Source of the DNA: a bacterium
GTDB taxonomy: Bacteria > UBA8248
Assembly (NCBI GenBank): GCA_965213625.1
Contig: CBDBZU010000004.1
Span: 3,040,001-3,104,000, forward strand
Length of the DNA: 64,000 nt
Direction: 5' to 3'
Positions 1-8,662 of this stretch are shown here, in pieces. The notes under the pieces are model-generated. The model made no database searches. It was given only the letters and a program-made list of their open reading frames with translations, and was not told the origin of the DNA. Each line of letters starts with the position of its first letter. Position 1 is the stretch's first letter. The position numbers were made by a program, and so were the translations under genes.

Positions 1-886
1 CCACGGGCAGCCTTGCCTCCTCCACCTCCACGCCTTTGGCCTTCAAGCTCGCGACGCACTCCTCGATTCGTCCGGCCACCTCCTCGCTCGCATGCGGGAG
101 AAGATCCTCTTTCCAGAAACACGCCCGTTTCGGTCTCACCGGCGCAGAGGCTTCGGCGTAATCAGGCACGGCTATGTCGGGCGCTTGCGCGTCTATTCCA
201 TCCGCACCCGCGATGGCCGTGAGCACGCGCGCCGCATCCTCCGTGCTCCTCGTGATCACGCCCACATGGTCCAGAATCCAGGACACCGAAATCAGTCCAC
301 TCCTCGGTATCCGCCCATAGCTGGGCTTGAGACCCACCACGCCGCAAAACGCAGCAGGCCGCAAGGTCGAGCCGCCCGTCTGGCTGCCGAGCGCCGCCGG
401 GACCATCCCCACCGCCACGGAGGCTGCGGAACCGCTGCTCGAACCGCCGGGGCTATGCTTCAGATTCCATGGATTTCGCGTCTGTGAGGGATCGGAGGTG
501 GCGAACTGCGTGGTGACCGTCTTGCCGAGGCAAATCGCGCCCGCATTTTTCAGGCGCGTCGTGACGGTGGCGTCCCTATCCGCTATATGGCCTTTCAGCA
601 AAGGAGAGTTCGCCTCGCGCGGCAGACCGGCGACGTCCACGATGTCCTTATACCCGATGGCGGCGCCCCCGAGCGGCCCACTCCCCTCACCGCTCGCAAG
701 TCTTTCGTCGATAGCTTTCGAACTGGCGAGCGCACCCTCCCTGTCCACGTGCGCCCACGCCAGTATTATTTCCTCCAGCGCGTCGATTCGCTCCAGCAAC
801 GAGCGCGTCCATTCAGATGCGGACAAGTTGCCTTCGGTGATTTTTCTCAGCCCATCAGAGAGGCTCAAGCGCCAGTGTTCACTCAT
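1..886 (-). CDS. Amidase-signature family protein (GatA/AtzE-like), runs off the left edge
   Basis: Not in the ORF track. Manual translation from ATG 886: MSEHWRLSL...GYKDIVDV...TRNPWNLKHSPGGSSSGSAASVAVG...ALGSQTGGSTLRPAAFCGVVGLKPSYG (amidase signature). GGGAG RBS upstream. Confidence 0.92.
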   Translation of the reverse strand, partial: MSEHWRLSLSDGLRKITEGNLSASEWTRSLLERIDALEEIILAWAHVDREGALASSKAIDERLASGEGSGPLGGAAIGYKDIVDVAGLPREANSPLLKGHIADRDATVTTRLKNAGAICLGKTVTTQFATSDPSQTRNPWNLKHSPGGSSSGSAASVAVGMVPAALGSQTGGSTLRPAAFCGVVGLKPSYGRIPRSGLISVSWILDHVGVITRSTEDAARVLTAIAGADGIDAQAPDIAVPDYAEASAPVRPKRACFWKEDLLPHASEEVAGRIEECVASLKAKGVEVEEARLPV

Positions 887-920
887 TTTTCACTCCCTTG
901 TTCCGCGTAACCCGCATAAT

Positions 921-1094
921 TTATTTATCGAGTTCTTCGAGCTTCTCCAATATTTCGAGCAAATGAGGCTTCCCGCCCGCAGGTGGACGCCAGCGCACGT
1001 GCATCACGGGCACGCTCTGGTTTTTTAACTCTTCCTCGAATATCTCAAGCCCGACATTCACGACCCGGAGCGGTTTCCGGCCTAATTCTTTCAT
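921..1094 (-). CDS. 57-aa FdrA C-terminal-domain protein (stand-alone)
   Basis: Below the ORF-track cutoff. MKELGRKPLRVVNVGLEIFEEELKNQSVPVMHVRWRPPAGGKPHLLEILEKLEELDK matches the VINxGL...VVHxxWxPxAGG tail of E. coli FdrA. Starts 3 nt after the FdrA-like stop. Confidence 0.8.
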   Translation of the reverse strand: MKELGRKPLRVVNVGLEIFEEELKNQSVPVMHVRWRPPAGGKPHLLEILEKLEELDK

Positions 1095-1097
1095 GGC

Positions 1098-2597
1098 TCA
1101 CCCAACACCCAGCAGTTCCGGTTTCACAAGCGCAGCTGCGAAGCGCGCCGCCTGCGCGTTGGAGGGAAGCACGACCACGCCGGCATCTTCGAGAATCCCA
1201 ACCTGCGCATCCAGCCCTTGCGGGTCATCCATCGTACCCACTACCGAGGCGACGAAAACAGGACGACTCCCCTTCCCTCTCGCGTCTTTTATCGCCCGCA
1301 CGAGAGGCCCCGCCGGGTCCTGTGAACTTGCCCTGCCCAGCATCAGGTCGAACAAGACGACGCCAACGCGGTCACTCGCTGCAGATGCCGCAATCATCTC
1401 CGCGCGGGACTCGGGGTCTATCATCGGGTGGGGCTTGCCGACCGTATAGCGATCATCCCCCAGGTCGAGAATCCGGTGACGGCCTGCATTCTCGTTCCAG
1501 GACACGTCGCCCAGCAACCCCTCGAGAATGAGACGGCTCTCATGGGCGAGCGTGCCGCCCGAGAAAAGCCCCAGCACGCTCGCGCCATCAAGCGCGTCAA
1601 CCTTTCCCAGGGAGGCAATTTTTTCTTTCAGCCCCGCTTGGGCGAAAAAATTTTCAGGCTCGTAGCTCTCGCCTTTCAAAATCGCCGCTACGGCGTGGCC
1701 TGCATCCTCCAGGGTCTCGGCCCAATCGGGATTTTCGGCGCCCAGAAAGCAAACGACGTACGGCTTGTTGAAGTTTTCAAGCGCCTCTTCGATTCTTGGC
1801 AGCACTTCTTCGTCAGGCGGCTTGGAAATGAGCGCCACGATTTCCGTCGCGGGATCACTCGACAGGAAATCGAGCGCGTGGAGCGTCATCAAGCCACCCA
1901 CTTCGGCGGACAGATCGCGTCCGCCCACGCCGATTCCGTGGGAAATCCCCTCGCCCAGGGCATCGAGTTGCGAAGCCACGGCCTGAAGACCCGTGCCCGA
2001 AGCGGCGATGCAGCCCACGCACCCCGGCTTTACAACGTTAGTGAAACCGAGCCCCACGCCCCCGATGTACGCCGTTCCGCAATCGGGGCCCATCAGGAGC
2101 AGATCGCGATCAATGGCCTCTCGCTTGAGCGCCACCTCATCAGCTATGGATACGTTGTCGCTGAAGAGAAACACGTGAAGCCCGCCCCGCAGGGCATCCA
2201 TGGCTTCTTTTGCGGCAAAGGCGCCGGGCACGGAAATCATCGCCAGGTTGGAATCAGGCGCTGCGGCAAGCGCTCCCGCCAGACTCGATGACGTAAAATC
2301 GCTCGCGTCACCATCGCCGACCCGCCCTTGCGTGAGAAAGGCTTTTGCCTCCTCGATCGCATCGAGTGCAAGCGCTCCTGAATCCGCCTCCACGGCCAGC
2401 ACCAGATCATTCGGTCCGGCCTCGACTTCGCTCTCCTCAAACAATCCCGCCTGAGCCAGGATCGCGTGATTCGCGGGCGTGCCCATGAGCGCCGCCATCT
2501 CGGAGACGCCCGGCCTTTTACGAATCTCACGCGCCAGGCGCATGAGTTTTACGGAATCCTGATAAAACGAAGGCAGTACGGCGCTTGCAAGCGGCAA
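1098..2597 (-). CDS. fdrA: FdrA (AllF)-like acyl-CoA synthetase-fold protein
   Basis: YQDSVKLM, LMGTPAN, ISVPGAFA, FLFSDNV, LLMGPDCGT, GIGVGGRDLS, LDLGDDRYTVGKPHPMIDP motifs. Confidence 0.85.
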   Translation of the reverse strand: MPLASAVLPSFYQDSVKLMRLAREIRKRPGVSEMAALMGTPANHAILAQAGLFEESEVEAGPNDLVLAVEADSGALALDAIEEAKAFLTQGRVGDGDASDFTSSSLAGALAAAPDSNLAMISVPGAFAAKEAMDALRGGLHVFLFSDNVSIADEVALKREAIDRDLLLMGPDCGTAYIGGVGLGFTNVVKPGCVGCIAASGTGLQAVASQLDALGEGISHGIGVGGRDLSAEVGGLMTLHALDFLSSDPATEIVALISKPPDEEVLPRIEEALENFNKPYVVCFLGAENPDWAETLEDAGHAVAAILKGESYEPENFFAQAGLKEKIASLGKVDALDGASVLGLFSGGTLAHESRLILEGLLGDVSWNENAGRHRILDLGDDRYTVGKPHPMIDPESRAEMIAASAASDRVGVVLFDLMLGRASSQDPAGPLVRAIKDARGKGSRPVFVASVVGTMDDPQGLDAQVGILEDAGVVVLPSNAQAARFAAALVKPELLGVG

Positions 2598-2598
2598 T

Positions 2599-2784
2599 TT
2601 ATTTCGCTTCTTTGGCGGGTGGAGCGAAGGGCTCCAGCGTTTTCTCGAGTGAGGCGGACGATAGCGTCTGCATCATCTCCGCGACCTCATCGGCATACCC
2701 GGCAATGCGCTCTTCATCTTCCAAGCCGAAGACGTCCCGCCCCATCCGTACGAGTTGTGAGGCAACTTCTGCTTTTTCATTCAT
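2599..2784 (-). CDS. 61-aa hypothetical protein (possible GatC/AtzG-like amidase partner)
   Basis: MNEKAEVASQLVRMGRDVFGLEDEERIAGYADEVAEMMQ...; ATGA overlap with the ubiX stop; ends 1 nt before the fdrA start. Function is inference. Confidence 0.65.
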   Translation of the reverse strand: MNEKAEVASQLVRMGRDVFGLEDEERIAGYADEVAEMMQTLSSASLEKTLEPFAPPAKEAK

Positions 2785-3395
2785 TCGTTCATCTCCCCAT
2801 CCTGACGCGCCGCGAGGCTCTTTCGCTCCGGGTGCTGGCCACGCCATTGCTCGAAAAGGTTTTGTTCGAGCCCCAGGCAGGTGAGCGTCTTGCCCACCAC
2901 GTGATCGATCAAATCTTCCATCGTCTGCGGTTTGAAGTAGAACCCCGGCGACGCCGGAAGGATGAAAACCCCCATCAGCGCGAGTTTGTGCATATTTTCC
3001 AGATGAATCGCCGAGAGCGGCATCTCGCGCGGCAGGAGAACGAGTTTTTTCTGCTCCTTGAGCATCACGTCCGCCGCGCGGCAGATGAGGTTATCGCCCG
3101 TGCCTGTAGCTATCAACCCCAGCGTCTTGAGCGAGCATGGCGCTATCACCATCGCGTCGAAGCCCGCGCTGCCGCTTGCGGGCCTTGCGCCGATGTCGCT
3201 CTCGGGATGAACGACGCTCGCCCACGAAGAGAGCTTTGCGATATCCACATCCGTCTCATAGCTCAGAACGCGGATGCCCGCCTTGGAGACGACCAAGTGG
3301 GTCTCCACTTCGGGATACGCATCGTGCAAAACTTCCATCAGGCGCGCGCCGTATATCGAACCGGAAGCGCCCGTAATACCCACAACCATTTTCAT
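2781..3395 (-). CDS. ubiX: Flavin prenyltransferase UbiX
   Basis: VVGITGASGSIYG, ASGS, IAPCS, RAADVMLKE, PREMPL, PGFY motifs. Start set at MKMVVG (GGAG upstream). Confidence 0.93.
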   Translation of the reverse strand: MKMVVGITGASGSIYGARLMEVLHDAYPEVETHLVVSKAGIRVLSYETDVDIAKLSSWASVVHPESDIGARPASGSAGFDAMVIAPCSLKTLGLIATGTGDNLICRAADVMLKEQKKLVLLPREMPLSAIHLENMHKLALMGVFILPASPGFYFKPQTMEDLIDHVVGKTLTCLGLEQNLFEQWRGQHPERKSLAARQDGEMNE

Positions 3396-3420
3396 CGGAA
3401 AACTCCAGCCGCAAGCGAAG

Positions 3421-4311
3421 CTACAAGCGCGTCTTCGATACCTTCTCGTAATCACGATACAACAAGGTGAAATCTTTTTCGATCATCCCGCGTTTGACGG
3501 CTTTCTCCAAAAACTCGAGCGTGGCCTCTCCGTGCTCGGTATGCGCCCTGTGCTTCTTGCCCATCTTCACGGCCATGCCGACGTCTTTGATCATGTTGTA
3601 GACGCGCGATTTGCCGTCCCACTTTTCCGACAATATGTGGTTCGGAAAACGGAACTGGCTCGCGTAGCTCCGCGCGTTCGATACGTTGAACACGTCAATC
3701 ATGTCCTCCACCTTGAGGCCCACTTTTTCGGCGAGTTTTCCTCCCTCGCAGGTCGCCATGAAGATGGAATGGCAGACCATGTTGTGGATGAGCTTCATGG
3801 CGTGGCCCGCGCCGCTCTCGCCCAGGTAGAAAAGATCGTCTGCTATCGGCTTCAAAAATCTTTTCGTGCGGCGGTAGGCCTTCTCGTCACCGCCTATCAT
3901 GAGCGTCAGCGTGCCTGCGGCGGCGCCCGTAGCTCCGCCGCTCATGCCCGCGTCGAGATAAGCCACTCCTTTCGCCTTCGCGCGGCGGGCGATCTTCCGG
4001 CTCACCGCGGGGTCTGAACTCGTGAAGTCATAGAGCACCAGATTCTTTTTCGCGTTCGCCAGAACGCCATTCCTTCCCTTGAGGGCTTCCTCGATTTCAG
4101 GCGATCCCGGCACCACGAAGAAGATGATGCCCGCCTGCCCCACCATCTCGCCAGGCTCAAGAATCTCCACGCCCCGTTTTCTCTCCCAGGGTTCCCTCGC
4201 CTCGGGGACCACGTCCCAAACCATCAAGGGGATTTTCGCCTTGTGCAGATTGCCCGCGACGCCTCGCCCCATGTTCCCCAATCCGACCACGCCTACTTTC
4301 GCTTGCGCCAT
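3421..4311 (-). CDS. NAD(P)-dependent oxidoreductase, 3-hydroxyisobutyrate/6-PGD family
   Basis: VGVVGLGNMG Rossmann motif, LDAGMSGG, GHAMKLIHN catalytic Lys motif. Confidence 0.9.
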   Translation of the reverse strand: MAQAKVGVVGLGNMGRGVAGNLHKAKIPLMVWDVVPEAREPWERKRGVEILEPGEMVGQAGIIFFVVPGSPEIEEALKGRNGVLANAKKNLVLYDFTSSDPAVSRKIARRAKAKGVAYLDAGMSGGATGAAAGTLTLMIGGDEKAYRRTKRFLKPIADDLFYLGESGAGHAMKLIHNMVCHSIFMATCEGGKLAEKVGLKVEDMIDVFNVSNARSYASQFRFPNHILSEKWDGKSRVYNMIKDVGMAVKMGKKHRAHTEHGEATLEFLEKAVKRGMIEKDFTLLYRDYEKVSKTRL

Positions 4312-4346
4312 ATCTGGTTACTCTCCTTCCTGTCCCTTCCCGCTTT

Positions 4347-6071
4347 CTATTTTTGGGCCGCCATGGGCGTATACGTCTTGAGCGGGTCTATATCGAATAA
4401 AATCTCATTGTCAGCCCCGTGGGTGAGGCGCGTCACGAAACTGCAATCCGCCTCGTTCGTCTCGGGATAATCGAGCCTGAAATGCGCGCCCCGGCTCTCG
4501 TTCCTGTTCAGTGCGGCTGTGGCGAGGAGTTTACCCAGAAGCGCCAGATTCCGGACCGAGAGCGCGCTTTCGAGTTCCTGGCCTTTTGTTTTCGCCGACG
4601 TACGCGCGCCCTCATCCAGCCGCATTTCTGGAATATCCTCGTTCTCGATGCGCGCATATTCTTCCAGCGCGTTACGGCAGCCCTCGGCGTCTCGTATGGG
4701 GCCGAGTTTCTCGTGCGCGAGCATCCGGCAGCGCATGCGCACGTCCTTCTGAAGCGGCCCCTCATCGCGTTCGATGAGCGTTTCCAGCCAGGCGCGCTCG
4801 GTCTCGGGGATTCCGCCGAAAACAGCAGGCGCGTCACGCCCGCTCTCTTTCACCTGTACGGAGACCGCCTGCCCCGCACGTCTCCCGTAGACTAAAGATG
4901 CCGAAAGCGCAGAGCCGCCGATTCGGTTGCCGCCGTGAATGCCGCCCCCCGTCTCGCCCGCGGCCCAAAGACCCGGCACGCGCGTTCTGCCGTCGACGTC
5001 GATCTCGAGACCGCCGAGCCAGGTATGGCTGCCCGGCGCCACCTCGAGCGGCGTTTTCGTGATGTCGATGCCGCGCGAGAGGCACGTTTTGTATACATGG
5101 GGAATCTGTTTCTGGATCGTCTCCATGGGGACCCGGGTGGCGTCCATATAAATGCCGCCCGTGAGGCCTGCGCGGCCCGCGTGAATCTCCTTCGCCATGG
5201 CGAGGATGACCTCGCTGCGCGTGCTCTTTTCCGCCGTGTCCGGGAAATAGCGCTTCAAGAACGCCTCTCCCTCCTGGTTCAGGAAAATGGCGCCCGCGTT
5301 GATGAAGCCGGTGGGATGCGGCGCGAAGCCGAACAACTCCTCGGGCGCACAGCACATGGCCTGAAAGTCGATCATCTCGATGCCCAGGAGTGAAGCGCCC
5401 GCGCGAAAGCCCAACACGTAGCCGTCGCCCGTCACCTGCGGGGGATTGTCGTTCACGTAGAAAAGGCCGCTGCCGCCCCCAGTGGCGAGAATCACCTCGC
5501 GCGCGGCGTAGACCATGAGGCAGCCGCGCGAGTAATCCACTCCCCATGCGCCGATGACGCGGCCCCCTTCGGTGATGAGGTCCACGATGGCCGTATGAGG
5601 ATGCTGCCCGATGCGGGCGTCACCCCGGAGTCTCTTTGAGAGTACCTTGGTAACCATGTTGCCCGTGGTGTCGTGGTGATGCAGAGCGCGGGGATAGGTG
5701 TGGCTCGGGAACATCTTGAGGTCGAGGTCGCCGTTATCATCCGTGATGAACTCCGCTCCCCACTCGCGCAAGTCGTGCACGACGTCGATGATGTCGTACA
5801 CCCAGGTTTTAGCCAGTTCGGGGTCGATGAGTTCTCCGCCGTATTTCAGGATTTCCTGTAAGTGAAGCTCGGGACTGTCGTCCGGCGCCATCGCCGCGGC
5901 GAAACCGCCCCTCGCCACGGTGGTCGTGCCGCTGGTGGCCCTGCCTTTGGTCGCCTGGATAACGCTCACGCCCGCCTGCGCGCACTCGAAGGCGGCCATC
6001 GTGCCCGCCGCACCCCCGCCCACGATCAACACATCGGTCTCGTGGCGTTCTTCCGTGATGTTTCCCACCAT
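4347..6071 (-). CDS. FAD-dependent oxidoreductase, SdhA/FrdA/NadB family (divergent)
   Basis: GGGAAG, LATGG, TGDG, HTWLGG, GLWAAGE, GIHGGNRIGG, RNESRGAHFRLDYPE. Confidence 0.88.
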   Translation of the reverse strand: MVGNITEERHETDVLIVGGGAAGTMAAFECAQAGVSVIQATKGRATSGTTTVARGGFAAAMAPDDSPELHLQEILKYGGELIDPELAKTWVYDIIDVVHDLREWGAEFITDDNGDLDLKMFPSHTYPRALHHHDTTGNMVTKVLSKRLRGDARIGQHPHTAIVDLITEGGRVIGAWGVDYSRGCLMVYAAREVILATGGGSGLFYVNDNPPQVTGDGYVLGFRAGASLLGIEMIDFQAMCCAPEELFGFAPHPTGFINAGAIFLNQEGEAFLKRYFPDTAEKSTRSEVILAMAKEIHAGRAGLTGGIYMDATRVPMETIQKQIPHVYKTCLSRGIDITKTPLEVAPGSHTWLGGLEIDVDGRTRVPGLWAAGETGGGIHGGNRIGGSALSASLVYGRRAGQAVSVQVKESGRDAPAVFGGIPETERAWLETLIERDEGPLQKDVRMRCRMLAHEKLGPIRDAEGCRNALEEYARIENEDIPEMRLDEGARTSAKTKGQELESALSVRNLALLGKLLATAALNRNESRGAHFRLDYPETNEADCSFVTRLTHGADNEILFDIDPLKTYTPMAAQK

Positions 6072-6174
6072 CTGAATCGTCCTTTCGCGCCTATCATTTG
6101 AAAAGAATCAAGATTTACGGGCGCATCTTAAAACATTTGAGGGCAAAAGACTCCCCGCCAAGGAGCGCCCCGGT

Positions 6175-7422
6175 TTATTCGCCCCGCGCAAGCATTTCGA
6201 TCATCTTATCCGCGCACGCATCGGCAAAAGCCTCATCGTTGATGTGCATATCGAGCGTGACGATCTCCCCCGTCCTCAGGTGTTCCTTTAACGAGGCGGC
6301 AAAGGCGGCGTCCACCTCGGGCTGACGCCAATCGCCCACCTCGCGTCCTTCCAGGTCGTGGGCCTTGCGCTTCGTATGCTCGCTGTAGCCTCGCGTGGGT
6401 ATCAAAACGGATAGAGGCCCCCTGGCGCGGTTGAGCTTATCCGCCATCAGGACGCCGAGCGCCTCGAATTCCTCCTGGTTCGTGCGCATGAGGAGGTTTT
6501 GTGCGTTGTACTGGAAAAACGCCCTGTTTTGATATTTCTCGGGCACTTGGCCCGTCCAGAAATTCGCGTGATCGAGCGCGCCCGGCACGACGACCTGCGG
6601 AATGCCCGCTGCGCCCGCCTCCTCGAGCCTCCCCGCACCCGCGCTGTAGACCCCGTCCACGAGCAGGTCCGTGAGCTCGTGCGTTGTGACGTCCACCACG
6701 CCGGCCAGCTCGCCCAGCCCGGCCAGCGACTCGAGCGCGCGGCCGCCGGGCCCCGAGGCATGAAAGAAAATGACCTCATAGCCCGCCTCGGTAAGCCTTG
6801 TCTCTACACGCTCGATACACGCCGCCGTGCCGCCGAAAGAAGATACTCCGATGAGGGGCGGCGCAGTTTCATCACTCTCTCCGACCGCTTCCTCTCGCTT
6901 CACCATGCCCGCAAGAGCGAGAGCGGCGTTCGTGAGCACCCCGCGTGTGATTCGGTTCAAGGATATATCGCCGATCGAGGGGAACATCATGATGTCGCTC
7001 TCGGCCACGTACCACTGCACGGCCGCCGTTGCGGCCACGACGCTCACCATCACCTTGGGCGCGAGGGGAGGCAGCGCGCGCATGATGGCGCAGGCCATCG
7101 AGGTGCCGTTCGCCCCGCCGAGGCCGACCGCACCCTGTATCTCACCTGCTTGAAATTTATTGACCAAAATACGCCTGCCACCTACCATCATTATTTCCGA
7201 GGCGGCGTTTCTCTCCATACGGGCCAGATCGTCCCAACTCCGCCCACCTTCGCCAGCCACTTCGGCGCCGGTGACGTCCGCACCGCCTGCTTCATGCGGC
7301 TTGCAGGAAAGATCCACCAGAAGGGGCTTTACACCCGATTCTGCTAGCACATCCGCCAGAAAGCGCGCCTCTCCACCCTTGCTGTCCATCGTCACCAATA
7401 TGGCTACACTCGGAATCGACAT
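6175..7422 (-). CDS. Tm-1-like ATP-binding protein (UPF0261)
   Basis: TMDSKGGEA, GLGGANGT, MRALP..PKVMVS, FHASGPGG, DVTTHE, PQVVVPGALD, HINDEAFA. AGGAG RBS before ATG 7422. Confidence 0.9.
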   Translation of the reverse strand: MSIPSVAILVTMDSKGGEARFLADVLAESGVKPLLVDLSCKPHEAGGADVTGAEVAGEGGRSWDDLARMERNAASEIMMVGGRRILVNKFQAGEIQGAVGLGGANGTSMACAIMRALPPLAPKVMVSVVAATAAVQWYVAESDIMMFPSIGDISLNRITRGVLTNAALALAGMVKREEAVGESDETAPPLIGVSSFGGTAACIERVETRLTEAGYEVIFFHASGPGGRALESLAGLGELAGVVDVTTHELTDLLVDGVYSAGAGRLEEAGAAGIPQVVVPGALDHANFWTGQVPEKYQNRAFFQYNAQNLLMRTNQEEFEALGVLMADKLNRARGPLSVLIPTRGYSEHTKRKAHDLEGREVGDWRQPEVDAAFAASLKEHLRTGEIVTLDMHINDEAFADACADKMIEMLARGE

Positions 7423-7491
7423 TTTCTCCTTACCCGGTGAAATCACTCTTCTCAAAGACCGTCACAATAATAGGTTCGTCGCGTCTGCGCC

Positions 7492-8328
7492 CTATTTCCG
7501 CAGTCGAACCGACTTGAAGCCCTGCGCCGCCTTCGGCACGGCATCCTCCACCGGAAAACGCTCGGCGGAGGAGCCGCCCACGTAGCCATCGAAGCGGCTC
7601 TCCAAGTCGAGGAGTCTCTCGAAGTCAGCGGGTGTCTCTATCGCGCCCCCATGACAGGTGAATATTCTCTCTTCATATTTCGGCAAAAGCGCGTCGAAGA
7701 TGGCTGCCGCCCGCTGTGCAGCCTGTTCCAGCGGCATCACCGTTTTTGAACCAATGGAGCCGCCTGAACTGTTCCCGAAGTGGATGATAATGTTGTCCAC
7801 ACCTGCTTCGGCCATGGCGAGGGCTTCAATCGGCGTTGTCGTGAAAGCCTTGGTGAACAGGCCTTTGCGGCTCGCGTATCCCAGCACGTCGACTTCTTTT
7901 GTGAAACCCATGCCGGTTTCTTCTAAATCTTTTCTGAAATTCCCGTCAATAAGAGCGACCGTAGGACAATTCATTACCCCGTGGAAGCCCACCGCATCGA
8001 TTTTGTCCACAAACCTGAACATGTTCCTCGTTGGATCCGCGCCCAGAAGACCCGCGATGACCGGGCATTCCCGAACCACGTTCAAGATGGATCGCTCGCC
8101 CAGTTCGAGCGTAATGGCGTTCGCGTCTCCGATGGGCAGATACCCCGCCATCGAGCTCAGACCCTGCATCCGGTAGTATGCGAGATTGAATGTAGTGACA
8201 AGGTCCGCTCCGCCGCGCGCAGCGAATTTCGCCGTGATGCCGCTTCCGCAAAGCGCGTCGTAAACGGCGCGTCCAGCGTCCCTCTCCGCATTCAAGCGAG
8301 CCACGATTTCATCCCGAGATAAGCTCAT
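7492..8328 (-). CDS. Phosphoenolpyruvate hydrolase-like TIM-barrel protein
   Basis: GSGITAKFA..GGAD, YYRMQG.SS.AG.LP..DAN, NCPTVALIDG.FR..LEETGMG, CHGG, GGSSAER. This family is the usual partner of UPF0261. Confidence 0.9.
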   Translation of the reverse strand: MSLSRDEIVARLNAERDAGRAVYDALCGSGITAKFAARGGADLVTTFNLAYYRMQGLSSMAGYLPIGDANAITLELGERSILNVVRECPVIAGLLGADPTRNMFRFVDKIDAVGFHGVMNCPTVALIDGNFRKDLEETGMGFTKEVDVLGYASRKGLFTKAFTTTPIEALAMAEAGVDNIIIHFGNSSGGSIGSKTVMPLEQAAQRAAAIFDALLPKYEERIFTCHGGAIETPADFERLLDLESRFDGYVGGSSAERFPVEDAVPKAAQGFKSVRLRK

Positions 8329-8558
8329 GACGATGTTACCCTCCAAATATCAATGATTTGCCTCTCATTTTCGAGAGGATACTCAATATAACAGCACATA
8401 AGCGCTTATGGAAAAGCGGTTAGTGTGCGCAAAAAACATTTTTCACTTGATACGATGCCAGTCTTTGTGTGAAAATAGGGTATTGAAAAGGCAGGCGATG
8501 TATCGCCTTAAAAATCATATTGTTCCAAGGATAAGTTCCAGTGGTCCCGTCCGCCCGA

Positions 8559-8588
8559 GCCGCTCCGCCCCTTAGTGGGTGGAGCGGC
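8559..8588. terminator. GC-rich hairpin downstream of the MoxR cluster
   Basis: GCCGCTCCGCCC-cttagt-GGGTGGAGCGGC; no clear U-tract. Confidence 0.35.
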
Positions 8589-8662
8589 ACGGGGCCACGC
8601 AAGTCCATAGAATCGAACGATTCAATCCTTCTGAGCAAAATCGAATAGATTGTCTGGAATCT

